Below, piece by piece: positions 10,432 to 21,804 of a stretch of 64,000 bases of DNA. Each line of letters starts with the position of its first letter. The stretch's first letter is position 1. The notes under the pieces were generated by a model. That model was given only the letters and a program-made list of their open reading frames with translations, was not told where the DNA came from and did not search any database. The position numbers and the translations under genes were made by a program. The DNA lies in IMG/VR virus record IMGVR_UViG_3300031963_000020, positions 32,001 through 96,000 of that record; one strand, written 5' to 3'. The DNA is from a virus.

Positions 10432-11381
10432 TGCCCAATCAAAATAATTTCGTTCAGGTTATTCCTAATAACCCACGATCATTTCCAGTATCACGTATTG
10501 CTGAATCGGATGCCGACCAAGATATTTTGGAGGGTAGACTTCCTGGACAATTTGGGTTTGATGCAGACGATACAATTGAAATGCATTTCTATGATACAGC
10601 AAATAGTCTAGTAGGGTCGGTAGTCATACCAGTAAGTACAGGAATAATATCGGCAAAAACTATTGCACTACCAGACGGAACTACTGATGAAAAAGTTATT
10701 ATAGATATGACCAGAGTTCAACAAGAACTTGGTTTACTAGTACCTCCGGGAAACTATAATGTATCTATAAACTTTTTTTCAGATGAAATTGGATCATACA
10801 CCGACCCAAAAATGATTGTTGAAGAAGTATCACCATCAAGAACAGAATTACGATTGGGATTTACTAACAATACGGTTACAACCACAGAACAAAGTGAATT
10901 ATTTGAATTTGTCCAACAATCAGTTCCTCGGGTAATTGCAGCAGGATTAGTTGCAGATACACTTGGGGTTAATCAACAAGGTACTGGTGTAGAAATAAAT
11001 CCAGAAATAGAAACATTAATTGATACATCAAGAACTGCAATTCAGGGATTTATAGATACTGTTGTAGAACAACTTATCGCAGAAAATCCAGACATTATAG
11101 GACAACTAGCAGATTTACAACCAGATGCTCCAGAAAACTTAAATTTTACTATAGAATTTTTAGTTGGTTCTATTTATGATGAGATGGTTGCCTTGTTGTC
11201 AACAACAAAGAATTCTAAGCAATTTGATAGATTACAAGAAGATGAGATGACAGTATTATTAACGCAGGCAATAGATAATGTCCTTAAAAATACTAATTTA
11301 AATTTATATACGCAAGACACAGTACGATACGAAACTAATTTGGTTGCAGACACATTTGCAACATCATTGGCATTGGGGTAA
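10431..11381 (+). CDS. Hypothetical (putative virion/baseplate) protein
   Basis: 316-aa acidic ORF, TAATG-coupled; GNYNVSINFF...EEVSPSRTELRL. Confidence 0.55.
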   Translation: MPNQNNFVQVIPNNPRSFPVSRIAESDADQDILEGRLPGQFGFDADDTIEMHFYDTANSLVGSVVIPVSTGIISAKTIALPDGTTDEKVIIDMTRVQQELGLLVPPGNYNVSINFFSDEIGSYTDPKMIVEEVSPSRTELRLGFTNNTVTTTEQSELFEFVQQSVPRVIAAGLVADTLGVNQQGTGVEINPEIETLIDTSRTAIQGFIDTVVEQLIAENPDIIGQLADLQPDAPENLNFTIEFLVGSIYDEMVALLSTTKNSKQFDRLQEDEMTVLLTQAIDNVLKNTNLNLYTQDTVRYETNLVADTFATSLALG

Positions 11382-11384
11382 TAT

Positions 11385-12983
11385 ATGGCTAACGCGGCAG
11401 ATTATTTAATACTAGATACAACACAGTTGATAAATACTTACAAGTTGAGAACTCGTAGTATACAATCTCGTACATTTGTAGCTAGAAATTCGGCACCAAA
11501 TTATATTCTATCGGCGGTTATAACATCAAATTTGGACGGGGTAGTAGTAACCCCAGGTGCATTTAAGCTGCAACCAGATGAAAGTATTACCGTATCAGTA
11601 GAATACGATACAAATCAATTAGAAGTGTACCCAGCGGGAACACTTGAAGGTTCACTTGACATCGCTGTTTCTGCAAATCCTGTGGTAATACCACAAATAC
11701 CAGTAGCACCTCCAGCTCCAGAACTACCAGAGGCTCCAAGACAAATTATTTCTCGTATACAAATTTTACCAACAAACTTTACTTTGTCCGAAGTTGGCGA
11801 AACAACACAGTTTAGTGCAGTGTTGTATGTTGACGATGTACCGGAACCCGCTACATTCCGGTGGAGTTTAGAAAATAATAGAGCGGGTGCATTTATAATA
11901 AACGAAAATACTGGTATTGTCAAAGCGTTAACTCCTGGAGTTACAAAAGCAAACGTAAAAGCTGTATTGTTAACCCCAACCAAATATTTGGGTACCGAAG
12001 GATTATCAATTGTTGCATCAAATATCGCAGTTGTAGTTCCTGTTGGAGGAGCACCAGTACCAACAACAGGTAACTTAACAGTTATTGTTAATGGTATGAC
12101 GAGAAATATAGGAGCAAGTGTAACAATATCTGGTATAAACCAATCAATAACTCAAACAACGACATTTAACAACATTCCAGCAGGTAATTACACAATTACA
12201 CCAAATGTTGTAACGGCTGGAGGAGTAAATTATAATCCAGTTGGTGGTGGTGAAATTTACGTAGCACCAGGACAAAATGCAGAGGTTACAATTCAGTACA
12301 CCAAACAACTACCACCTGATGTAAACTCAATTCAAATAGTAACGGTGTCTGACTCCGCAGGTAATGTATTACAACCAGGACAAAGAGTTAAGACTGGTGA
12401 AAGAATAGTTGTTGTAGCAAATACATACAGAAACGGTATTGTAGCAAATATTGGTGATGTACAGTTTACTGCAAACAACACACAAGAAGGTGTACAAACA
12501 GTACAATCTAGATCAGACGGTACATATAAAGTACTATTTACTGTTACGCAACCAGGTGAAATAAACATAACAGCGTTTAATCAATCAGCGGGTTCTGTAA
12601 CTGGTCAATTATCCGCAACACGTGCAACAGAATATAGTATTAGATTGGTAGCACCATCAACCTTAATTCTAGGACAATCTTCACCGTTAACTGCGGTAGT
12701 ACTACAAGATGGAGTAGAAACAAATATTCCTGTAGAAATTGAAATAGCAAGTGGTACAGGAACAATATCTAGTAAACGACCGGCAGAACTAAGGACGCAA
12801 CCACCAGTAACACCACCACAAGAACAACCAACTTTCGTAGCAGCGACCGAAGCAGCACAAACTGGAACGGCAACTGGTGGTACAATAGTAGACACTAGTG
12901 CAGCAGGAACATCTGGTGGAGTATCTACGGGTGGTGAATTTGACCAAATAGCATTTATAAATCAGGGACAAAACGCAATTTAA
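11385..12983 (+). CDS. Putative virion protein with several Ig-like beta-sandwich domains
   Basis: IQILPTNFTLSEVGETTQFSA...FRWS...INENTGIVKALTPG (Big_2-like) and FNNIPAGNYTITP. Confidence 0.6.
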   Translation: MANAADYLILDTTQLINTYKLRTRSIQSRTFVARNSAPNYILSAVITSNLDGVVVTPGAFKLQPDESITVSVEYDTNQLEVYPAGTLEGSLDIAVSANPVVIPQIPVAPPAPELPEAPRQIISRIQILPTNFTLSEVGETTQFSAVLYVDDVPEPATFRWSLENNRAGAFIINENTGIVKALTPGVTKANVKAVLLTPTKYLGTEGLSIVASNIAVVVPVGGAPVPTTGNLTVIVNGMTRNIGASVTISGINQSITQTTTFNNIPAGNYTITPNVVTAGGVNYNPVGGGEIYVAPGQNAEVTIQYTKQLPPDVNSIQIVTVSDSAGNVLQPGQRVKTGERIVVVANTYRNGIVANIGDVQFTANNTQEGVQTVQSRSDGTYKVLFTVTQPGEINITAFNQSAGSVTGQLSATRATEYSIRLVAPSTLILGQSSPLTAVVLQDGVETNIPVEIEIASGTGTISSKRPAELRTQPPVTPPQEQPTFVAATEAAQTGTATGGTIVDTSAAGTSGGVSTGGEFDQIAFINQGQNAI

Positions 12984-13001
12984 TATAGAAGGATTTTATT
13001 T

Positions 13002-13862
13002 ATGACAACTACAAGATACGTAACTGGTGATGGAATAGGTGCATTAACTCTCGTTGCTAGAGCAGTCGATCCTAACGGAAATTCAATCGTACAACAAACA
13101 ACAATTACAGTAAATCCGTCACCTTCTGTACCAAAATGCTATAGTGCAGTTTTAACACTTAGTACAGTACAAAGTAGTATTGAAACAGCATGTGCTCAAT
13201 TTGGAGCACTTGGTACATACTATTTGGGTTCACCAACTGCTACGGTATATAGCACCGATAGCTGTTCAGAAGTAGCGGTAGATGGATTTTACAAAACAGA
13301 AGATGGTAATTGGATTAATATTAATGCCGGTACAATAAGTCAACGTGGATCGTGTGTAACATTAACAGCACCAAGAGCAGTAGAAAGACGCCCACAAGAA
13401 TTTAATATCGGTGGTGTAACAAATACAGTATTTTTAACTCCACCAATAGCAGCTAGAATACCTGGAACACCAGATAGAGGTGAAGATTTTGTAAGAAAAC
13501 CATCGTTTACAAATCCGGCACCAAGCACAATTCCTGTAAAAGAACAATTTGTTAATGTACGTCAATCCGAAACAGTACCCCAACGCCTACCAGAACAATT
13601 GGTAGCTCGTATAAAAGAATTAGCTCCTACGAATGTTGATGAATTAATTTCACGTGCAAGGTCTTTGGGATTGAGTGTATCTCAAGATACTGCTACAACT
13701 ATTACTAGTGTTAGAGGTGGGCCGAAAAAACAAGCATTGTTTGTACGATTACGTCAACAGGTACAGGCAGCTATTGATAAAGCAGAAAGACAATCGGTTA
13801 ACGGTGGAGTAGTTGTATCAGAAACAAATCAAACAATATCCGACACCAACACAGAATTATAA
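13002..13862 (+). CDS. Hypothetical protein with a Cys-containing beta domain
   Basis: 286-aa ORF in structural operon; four Cys within ~75 aa. Confidence 0.55.
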   Translation: MTTTRYVTGDGIGALTLVARAVDPNGNSIVQQTTITVNPSPSVPKCYSAVLTLSTVQSSIETACAQFGALGTYYLGSPTATVYSTDSCSEVAVDGFYKTEDGNWININAGTISQRGSCVTLTAPRAVERRPQEFNIGGVTNTVFLTPPIAARIPGTPDRGEDFVRKPSFTNPAPSTIPVKEQFVNVRQSETVPQRLPEQLVARIKELAPTNVDELISRARSLGLSVSQDTATTITSVRGGPKKQALFVRLRQQVQAAIDKAERQSVNGGVVVSETNQTISDTNTEL

Positions 13863-13868
13863 TAAAAT

Positions 13869-16800
13869 ATGGCACTTGCATCTGGTATTAAATCATTAAA
13901 AACTGTAGTAGCAGTTTACGAAGCAGATATAGATCAATCACAGAAGTCAGTATCACTTCAAACTAATTTACAACAGTACGAACCTGTTGTAGTTGATTTG
14001 CGATCTGCTTTGGTAAAGGCACTTACCAGTCAAGTTAATTCTAAAATACGTGCGTATAATGACAAAGAACGTTTTCTAAAAACATTATTGAATTTTGGTG
14101 ATGATACGCAACGTATTATTACTAATTGGAAGTTGGACCCAAACGATTCCACAAAACTTTTAGTCAAACTATTAACACCACTTGATTTTAATTTGGATGT
14201 TGGTAATAGAGTATTTTTAAGTCGTGAAGTAGTAAATACAGTTGTAGATACAATCAAACTAGACGCACCACCACAACCAGATACTACATCGGTAGTATTA
14301 CGAACTAAAAATACAGATTTAACAAACATTGGTAGCTCTGATATTGAATTACTAAACGTTCAAAATCGTAGAGTTGCAAATCAGACGTTATCAAGCATTG
14401 GAATAGACATAACAGGATCAGAAGATCAATATGGTGGATTTACATTCCAAGACAATTTACTACGTAAATGGTATACCGACGATTATCGTTCCGCAGAACT
14501 TAATATAGATTATACAGACTACGCAAATTTCGTCACATATAGTTCTGCAAAATTACGATTGGATGCATTTAAACAAAAAATTACAAAAATACGTGAACTG
14601 GAAACAAAATCTAGATTCTACGCCACAGGAACTACAGGATCAATATTTGGATTTTCTGAAACCGTTATTGATACACCAACTATTTTTTATGAAGATACAA
14701 CATTAGCAAGTCCAGTATTAATTGATGAATCAGGTTCGGCAACAGTATCTTCTGGGTCTACTTTAACAATATACGCAGTGGATGCACTACCTTCTGCTGC
14801 GGTATATCTTGTAGAGGGTGCTAAAGTTGCTGCACTTGAAATAGAAAATATTATCCGTAGTTTTGATGGATATGAACGATACCTATTCAACCAATCAGGT
14901 AGTGCATATAGTGCAAGTGTGTACTGGCAATTAAGCGGAACAGAGTATAATGTCGATGGCACTTGGCCAAAGAAAAATTCAAATGGAGACTTGTACCCAC
15001 CATCTAGCGTACAAGTAGCTGATTGGTACGAAATACAATCTAATATTGCAAGAAGATATGATGAAAATAATGTAAACTTATTATCAAATGCAATACCGCA
15101 ATATCTAGTAGACGATGTAAACTCACAAGAATTTATTAAGTTTACACAAATGATTGGGCACTTATTTGATAACATTAAATCATATATTGATCAATTACCA
15201 AATATTTACGACAGAAAAGTAAATGCTACGGAAGGATTATCGCAAGATTTAGTATGGGAAGTTGCAAAGTCGTTCGGGTTATCATTGACCAATCCTGATT
15301 CAGCAGCATCGTTATATAGTTTTACCACAGATACATCATTAACAAAGAAACGTGAACAAGTTACAGAACTTTGGAAGCGTTTCTTACATAATGCTCCATA
15401 TCTCAATAAAACACGTGGTACTGTAAATTCACTTAAAGCGTTACTTAGTATTTTTGGATTAAATGAACAAGTTGTTGGCATTCGTGAAACAGATACAACG
15501 AGTACTGGTAGCTATGAGATATTTGACGAAGTAACTAACGCATTAAATTTTAATACCAGTTCATATCTAGTATTACCTATGAGTGGTGCTTCTCAACGTG
15601 AAACATACACGTTGCAATTTAGATTTAATAATCCTACACAAGTAAACACCACGTTGGGTGTTGGAGATACAGGAACACCTTCAGGTTCGTGGACAGTAGA
15701 ATTACAAACATATCCATCAGCATCGTCACCATATGGACGAGTAGTTGTTAAAGACACAATAGGTGAAGTGTTACTCAGTAGTAGTTATGCAGATATGTTT
15801 GATAGTGAAGATTACTATGATGTAATGCTTCGTTATAATGTAAATTCTGTAGATTTATTAGTAGCACACTCTGATGGTGAAGAAATTTTATACTCATCAA
15901 GTATGAGTACCACTGGTTCATACTTACGTGACGCATGGAAAGCTACCCAAAATTTCTTCCTTGGTGGATCTGGTTCATTAAGTTTAAACAACTTTAACGG
16001 ATTTGTTGACGAAGTTCGTGTGTGGGGAGAACGCATCACAAATCAACGATTCTATGAACAAGTATTAGACCCAGGAAGTTTTGTCGGTAATACTTATACG
16101 TCACCTGTTGAAAACTTATGGGTAAGATTATCGTTCCACACACCAAAAAATCTTTCTTCGGGAAGTATCGCAAACGAATCACCGTACAGAAATAAAGACG
16201 GTGCTTCCGACCCACTATTACCATTGTTACCAAACTTAACAAATGTTGTGGCGGTTGGGTTTGTAAGTCAGACATCATATCCGTATAGTATGGCTCGTGT
16301 AAGTAGAAAAGTTAAACAATATACAACAAACGCTGGGGCATACTCATACGGTAGTAATAATATATTGATAGCTCCACCACCTGTATTTACAGAAGTATCT
16401 ACCGACGGTGGACTGGTTCTTCACAGAACAAAAAGTATCGTTGATAACGAAACTCGTAGACAACAACAGCAAACAAAAAAATATCTTGGATTTTTTGTAT
16501 CACCGACAGATGCAGTCAACAATCTATTAATTCGTTCACTAGGTAATATTGATGTACGTGGACTTGTAGGTATTAATCCACGATACAAATCAAAATACGA
16601 AGGTATTGAAGCAATACAAAATTATTACAAACAATACTATAATGCAACAGTAAATATTGCACAATTTGTTCGCTTTTTTGACCAACTTGCACCAACACTT
16701 TTTGAACAAGCAAATCAATTAATACCAGCAAGAACAGTACTAGGTTCCGGTGTTGTCATTGAACCAAATATTCTTGAACATAAAAAAGTTACATTTGAAA

Positions 16801-18500
16801 AACCAGTAAAATTAAGTGGTGCAAATACAAGAAGAAATAGCACGTTTGCAAACACAGAAAAAACTTATGTACGTGATTTTGATATAACCGTATCAACAGA
16901 AACTACAATTAATATTAGAGCACGTGAAAGTCAAAGTGCATTCTTTACGGATTATAATACAGCTCTTAATATGAACGATGAAATGGTATTACGTGGGGAT
17001 TCAAACAACACGTTTACCACAGAATTAACAAGTTCATTAATTGTTCCGTCTGGTGATTATCATAACACGTATAATGCACAACCATTGTTTATGACCTCAT
17101 CAATGCCACAAGGAGAAATACTTACTGGATTATTAGATGGTGTTACGATTGAAAACGCTGGTGGAGTAATGTTAGGTGACTACAGCTATTATGAAGGGCC
17201 AGCATTCCATCCATATACATCACGTTCTATTGAATCACAATACGATGTATTTGATTCTGATATTGACAAATTAAGTTATATTAATTACTTGCAAACTTAC
17301 GCAGGTATGACACCAACTGAAGCAAGACAAGCTGCGGTAAAGTACAAACCAGGAAACATTATTGATATCAATGATATTATTGGTACTAATGATAATCTTA
17401 CTTATGCAAGTTTAATTAATGTCATTCCACCAACTGCGGATTTTGATGATTTGGGAGTTACTAGTTATTTTATTAGAGATAGTGGTATTTACTCATTTGA
17501 AACTGTGTATAAAGAAATTATAGGACAAAACCAACTAAATTTCTTAACTGGTGCGGCAGCAACGTGGTCGTTTGGAACACAGTATGGTAGAAACGATGTA
17601 GTAGTTCAACTCGGAGCTACAGGATCAGCTAAAACGTCAAATGGTAAACTATTTAGATATATTGCCCAAGACGCACCATCGGTATCATATAATTTCCCAT
17701 CACAAGACAAAAATAGATGGGCACCTGTATTTTACCGTGGGAAAGCAGTTAATACACCATATCGTCTTATTTTTGATATTAATAAGGCACAAGGTGATGA
17801 ATCGGTATTTACACTACCAATAACACGAGTATTGGTAAGTAGACCAATTGTTACACCTGGTAGATATTCTAAAAAGTTAAGTTTCGGTTCATTCTCTGCA
17901 AACACTAGAGAAACAGGTCTTATTCGTTTACAGGCGATTGCGTCATTATTTTCTGTAAATGTTGGTGTTGGTGATTCACCAGCACCAAATATACGAGTTA
18001 GATTGTATGATAGATCTGACAAACGTGATGCAGATTTAAACAGAGTATTTGGTATAGAACCAACTGGTGACCACGGTGTTCTATTCGATATGAAGTTTGA
18101 GTCTGGGTCGGTTAGTAAAAATGTTGGATTGTACCCACCCGTAACTCTAGTAAACAATGATACTGGTCTGGCATCAAGCCCTATTATTTATTATACAGTT
18201 GACGAGTTGGGTGGTAATACCTACGGTAATGGATTTATCGTAACATTTAATTACTTCGCTATTGAAGCACCTATCGAACTTCCAATTGGATATCTACCAA
18301 GACATTATAAGTTTTATAGAGACACACTTTTAGCCACAAAACGTAGAAATTATGTGGGATGTCTACAAACACAAGACACAACAACAGATGGACGTTCACC
18401 AGTTGAGGTCACATTCACCGCAGGTACCACGATTACGGTATCTCCAAACATCCTCCAAGAAGAAGATAATTTGGGTGGAATTAACCTAAATGTGAACTAA
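13869..18500 (+). CDS. Large baseplate/tail protein with a LamG/concanavalin-like domain (gp7/wedge-like)
   Basis: 1543 aa; YLNKTRGTVNSLKALLSIFG (P2 gpI/T4 gp7-like wedge motif); FFLGG...FNGFVDEVRVW (LamG-like). Confidence 0.6.
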   Translation: MALASGIKSLKTVVAVYEADIDQSQKSVSLQTNLQQYEPVVVDLRSALVKALTSQVNSKIRAYNDKERFLKTLLNFGDDTQRIITNWKLDPNDSTKLLVKLLTPLDFNLDVGNRVFLSREVVNTVVDTIKLDAPPQPDTTSVVLRTKNTDLTNIGSSDIELLNVQNRRVANQTLSSIGIDITGSEDQYGGFTFQDNLLRKWYTDDYRSAELNIDYTDYANFVTYSSAKLRLDAFKQKITKIRELETKSRFYATGTTGSIFGFSETVIDTPTIFYEDTTLASPVLIDESGSATVSSGSTLTIYAVDALPSAAVYLVEGAKVAALEIENIIRSFDGYERYLFNQSGSAYSASVYWQLSGTEYNVDGTWPKKNSNGDLYPPSSVQVADWYEIQSNIARRYDENNVNLLSNAIPQYLVDDVNSQEFIKFTQMIGHLFDNIKSYIDQLPNIYDRKVNATEGLSQDLVWEVAKSFGLSLTNPDSAASLYSFTTDTSLTKKREQVTELWKRFLHNAPYLNKTRGTVNSLKALLSIFGLNEQVVGIRETDTTSTGSYEIFDEVTNALNFNTSSYLVLPMSGASQRETYTLQFRFNNPTQVNTTLGVGDTGTPSGSWTVELQTYPSASSPYGRVVVKDTIGEVLLSSSYADMFDSEDYYDVMLRYNVNSVDLLVAHSDGEEILYSSSMSTTGSYLRDAWKATQNFFLGGSGSLSLNNFNGFVDEVRVWGERITNQRFYEQVLDPGSFVGNTYTSPVENLWVRLSFHTPKNLSSGSIANESPYRNKDGASDPLLPLLPNLTNVVAVGFVSQTSYPYSMARVSRKVKQYTTNAGAYSYGSNNILIAPPPVFTEVSTDGGLVLHRTKSIVDNETRRQQQQTKKYLGFFVSPTDAVNNLLIRSLGNIDVRGLVGINPRYKSKYEGIEAIQNYYKQYYNATVNIAQFVRFFDQLAPTLFEQANQLIPARTVLGSGVVIEPNILEHKKVTFEKPVKLSGANTRRNSTFANTEKTYVRDFDITVSTETTINIRARESQSAFFTDYNTALNMNDEMVLRGDSNNTFTTELTSSLIVPSGDYHNTYNAQPLFMTSSMPQGEILTGLLDGVTIENAGGVMLGDYSYYEGPAFHPYTSRSIESQYDVFDSDIDKLSYINYLQTYAGMTPTEARQAAVKYKPGNIIDINDIIGTNDNLTYASLINVIPPTADFDDLGVTSYFIRDSGIYSFETVYKEIIGQNQLNFLTGAAATWSFGTQYGRNDVVVQLGATGSAKTSNGKLFRYIAQDAPSVSYNFPSQDKNRWAPVFYRGKAVNTPYRLIFDINKAQGDESVFTLPITRVLVSRPIVTPGRYSKKLSFGSFSANTRETGLIRLQAIASLFSVNVGVGDSPAPNIRVRLYDRSDKRDADLNRVFGIEPTGDHGVLFDMKFESGSVSKNVGLYPPVTLVNNDTGLASSPIIYYTVDELGGNTYGNGFIVTFNYFAIEAPIELPIGYLPRHYKFYRDTLLATKRRNYVGCLQTQDTTTDGRSPVEVTFTAGTTITVSPNILQEEDNLGGINLNVN

Positions 18501-18515
18501 AACCAAACTATAACA

Positions 18516-18523
18516 TATTTATA
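18516..18523 (+). promoter_or_regulatory. Putative late promoter TATTTATA
   Basis: Intergenic, 40 nt before ATG 18556; recurs in many intergenic gaps. Confidence 0.6.
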
Positions 18524-18555
18524 TTAGACAATTTACGTCAGGAGAGGTACAAATT

Positions 18556-19182
18556 ATGGGATATCTAAACAAATCAACAATCACAGTTGATGCGGTGTTA
18601 ACGAAAAAGGGTAGAGAACTTCTATCCAAGGGAAGAAGTGAATTCGAAATCACTCAGTTTGCAGTGGCTGATGACGAAGTAGATTACACATTATATACTA
18701 CTTCTCACCCACTTGGTTCTGCATACTATGGTTCAATCATTGAAAGTATGCCAGTTCTTGAAGCTTCTCCTGATGAAACACAAGCAATGCGTTATAAGCT
18801 TGTTTCATTAGACAGAGGTACCAAGGAAATTCCAGTTATTTCATTGGGTGTTTCTGCATACTCACTTAATTACAACGACTCGGTTGTAGTAAGTCCAACC
18901 ACAACCGCAGAACTTGCAACCGCTGGTTACACAGCAATTCTTTATGATGGAAACGTAGCAACGTTGACCACCAACCAACCATTGGCAGCTGGAACAACAG
19001 TTCCATTCTTCCAAGTCAACCAAGCAACATCTGCTAACGCAGTTGTTGTCCAAGGATTTAGTTTCAACTTAACATCCAAGGAATTAACAGTTGACCGCAC
19101 AACACAATTAACAATTGTAAACAATCTTACTGGTGCAACCAAGACGGTCACCGTTTCTGTGGCTGCTAAGCCAACAGTATAA
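18556..19182 (+). CDS. Putative baseplate/tail-fibre attachment protein
   Basis: AVLTKKGRELL...ITQFAVADDEVDY resembles the N-terminus of fibre-attachment (P2 gpH-type) domains; strong SD CAGGAGAGG. Confidence 0.55.
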   Translation: MGYLNKSTITVDAVLTKKGRELLSKGRSEFEITQFAVADDEVDYTLYTTSHPLGSAYYGSIIESMPVLEASPDETQAMRYKLVSLDRGTKEIPVISLGVSAYSLNYNDSVVVSPTTTAELATAGYTAILYDGNVATLTTNQPLAAGTTVPFFQVNQATSANAVVVQGFSFNLTSKELTVDRTTQLTIVNNLTGATKTVTVSVAAKPTV

Positions 19183-19196
19183 TAGGGGTTTAACAT

Positions 19197-20327
19197 ATGG
19201 CAATTAGAACTTTCGTCCCATTTAACATTGATGAAGATGTAGTACCAGCGAACCAAACCACGGTAACAACTGGTTTGTGGTCTGGTGACACAGGTAGTTT
19301 GACTACACTCTTCACATCAACCACACAGATTTCTGCTAGTGGTGAATATTATTTTGATGCATATGATAAGAACCCAGCAACCGATACCACAGCAGAAGTT
19401 CAATTTGCTGTAGCATACGGTCATATTTCTGGTGGTGGTTCTCCAACATTAGCACAAGATGACTTGGCAGTATTAGCAACTAAAGCAACATATCTACAAT
19501 ATAAGAACATTTTGTTAGACCCATCGGATGACTTATTTACATTTGGTAACACAAACGCAGACCACATTTATGTTATTAATGTTCAACGCGCAAGACTACG
19601 TGAACAACTTGACCCAGGCAATTGGCTCTTGACATTATCTGGATCGTTAGGTAAATATACATTTATTGACGATAGTGGTCAAACATTAAGTGCAAAGTCA
19701 AAAACCAGTAAGTCTGGTCGTGTATTTAACGTAGCATCGGGATCATTAACAGGTCCAAGTGGTAGTACAGTACTAACCAGTCAATCAGCAGCAGGTAAGG
19801 GATTTGGTCTTGTATATCCAGATTTGGGTATCATCGTATTAAATCCAGATGCAATCATTCCAACCGTTGGTTTTGAATCCGCATCAGCTGGATTTGGTTG
19901 TGGTAACGCTGGTGCACAAGATTTCACATATGATACTACTAACACTGTAGTTCCATTTGCACCATTTACAGGTTCATTAACAACTAACAGTGGTGCTGGT
20001 CGTGAACAACGTGCACACGATGGATTACTTCGTTCAATCAAGTTGGGTGCAGATTTCCAAGCACGTTCAGCAGAAACAATTTCGTCAACACATTATTTCG
20101 TTCGTTTAAGAAATAAAGACTTTAACTATACAAATAATCCAACATTCTACAACAATACAAATGGTCAAATCTTGAACGATGACTTCGTACAAGACCCACG
20201 AGTATACGCAACAAGTATTGGATTATATAATGGTAAGAATGAATTATTAGCAGTTGCAAAACTCAGTCGTCCATTAGAAAAGTCATTTGACAAGGAAGCA
20301 TTAATCCGCGTTCGTCTTGACTTCTAA
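19197..20327 (+). CDS. Putative virion structural protein
   Basis: C-terminal VYATSIGLYNGKNELLAVAKLSRP motif (fibre-attachment-like), shared with the next gene. Confidence 0.6.
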   Translation: MAIRTFVPFNIDEDVVPANQTTVTTGLWSGDTGSLTTLFTSTTQISASGEYYFDAYDKNPATDTTAEVQFAVAYGHISGGGSPTLAQDDLAVLATKATYLQYKNILLDPSDDLFTFGNTNADHIYVINVQRARLREQLDPGNWLLTLSGSLGKYTFIDDSGQTLSAKSKTSKSGRVFNVASGSLTGPSGSTVLTSQSAAGKGFGLVYPDLGIIVLNPDAIIPTVGFESASAGFGCGNAGAQDFTYDTTNTVVPFAPFTGSLTTNSGAGREQRAHDGLLRSIKLGADFQARSAETISSTHYFVRLRNKDFNYTNNPTFYNNTNGQILNDDFVQDPRVYATSIGLYNGKNELLAVAKLSRPLEKSFDKEALIRVRLDF

Positions 20328-20345
20328 TGAACAAAGGGAGGTTCT

Positions 20346-21317
20346 ATGAGAGCAGTAAAACCTCTCGACACGGATGGATATACTAAAAATGATTATGTAG
20401 CGTATGTGTCCCAGAGTTATACAATTACCTCTGGGTCATTTACGAATACAGAATATGTAACAATTGATTTTGCTGACCAACCTTCCGATGATTGGAAGTA
20501 TCAACAAACCAGTGATTTTGATTTAGGTTATCTCAATTCTAGTAGCGGTATATATTCTTATCCGTTGTACAGTTTATTAAATCGTGCATTTTATTCTTCA
20601 CAATCAATTGTGGAATATGGTACATCGTCTATAGCTGTAAATAAATTTACACCAAGTCAATCGCTGTATGTCTTTAATATAGCAAACCAATCGGTGGGGG
20701 ACGGAATAAAACCAGGTAGTTTTAGTATTAGAGTATCTGGGTCGTCTCCAATTCTTGATGATGGTTATGGTCGATTATATGTAAATAATACTGGTAGTGT
20801 GGTGGGTAATGTTTTTTACAAGCATGGTATCGCAACTGTAAAAAATAATAAAACATCACCTTCACAATCTATTTCTACAAATGGATTAAAGTTAGCACCA
20901 TTCTTACCAGTAGACGTAAACTACACATCGTCATATACAATTACAGAACACACTGTAGTGTGTAAAATTCGACCAACAGAATTTAACGCATCTGTATTTA
21001 ATCACACAATAGGTTACTATAAAGTAGTTACTGGTTCGTATGTATCGGCTTCACAAACTGTTATATACACAAATTATGAACCGAATGTATCTTCGTCGGC
21101 AGTTGCACAAAATTATGTAGAAGTTAACGGAACGGGAAGTTTAGTAGTAGGACAAGCACTATCAGAACTATTTGATTCCGGAAGTTTAACACCATATGTT
21201 ACAACGATTGGATTATACGACAAAAATTACAATTTGGTTGCTATGGCAAAGTTAGCAAATCCAGTACCAAGAACGAAAAACGTAGACCAAACTTTTATTG
21301 TAAAGTTTGATACCTAA
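20346..21317 (+). CDS. Putative virion structural protein, paralogue of 19197..20327
   Basis: C-terminal PYVTTIGLYDKNYNLVAMAKLANP; GIKPGSF...DDGYG compared with LDPGNW...DDSG in the previous gene. Confidence 0.6.
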   Translation: MRAVKPLDTDGYTKNDYVAYVSQSYTITSGSFTNTEYVTIDFADQPSDDWKYQQTSDFDLGYLNSSSGIYSYPLYSLLNRAFYSSQSIVEYGTSSIAVNKFTPSQSLYVFNIANQSVGDGIKPGSFSIRVSGSSPILDDGYGRLYVNNTGSVVGNVFYKHGIATVKNNKTSPSQSISTNGLKLAPFLPVDVNYTSSYTITEHTVVCKIRPTEFNASVFNHTIGYYKVVTGSYVSASQTVIYTNYEPNVSSSAVAQNYVEVNGTGSLVVGQALSELFDSGSLTPYVTTIGLYDKNYNLVAMAKLANPVPRTKNVDQTFIVKFDT

Positions 21318-21332
21318 TGTGGAGAACATAGT

Positions 21333-21788
21333 ATGTCAAAGTTAGTAGAACTATTAGAAAATAGACAAAAGTACGATAGATTAAATAAATTAAGTGCACA
21401 CTCACCAAATACAGCAAATCCAAAAGAGTTCAGTGCTCGTAATCAATCTGATTTAACGCAAGGTAGAGAAGAAATTATTCAATCTAACTCGGTTGATTTT
21501 TTTGGTAATACTTATCAAACTGGGTTTGATGCATTTAGACCAACCTTGAGTGTAACAGGATTTAGAAAATCAGACGGTGCACAAAATTCAAAATTTACAG
21601 GAAACCCAGCTGGGGCAGCTACAACTGAAGATAATGCATTTGATTCGTACAATAGATTTGCAAACGATTCGGTTCGTAAAAATTACGACTCAAAATTAGT
21701 TCACAGATATCTAGCAACAAATAACGAACAACAATATAAGACACAACAAGCAGCAGCACCAGGATTAATATTAACATATAACGTCTAA
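21333..21788 (+). CDS. Hypothetical protein (MSKLVELLE leader)
   Basis: 151-aa ORF with SD GGAG. Confidence 0.6.
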   Translation: MSKLVELLENRQKYDRLNKLSAHSPNTANPKEFSARNQSDLTQGREEIIQSNSVDFFGNTYQTGFDAFRPTLSVTGFRKSDGAQNSKFTGNPAGAATTEDNAFDSYNRFANDSVRKNYDSKLVHRYLATNNEQQYKTQQAAAPGLILTYNV

Positions 21789-21804
21789 TATAGACGAGGT
21801 TACG

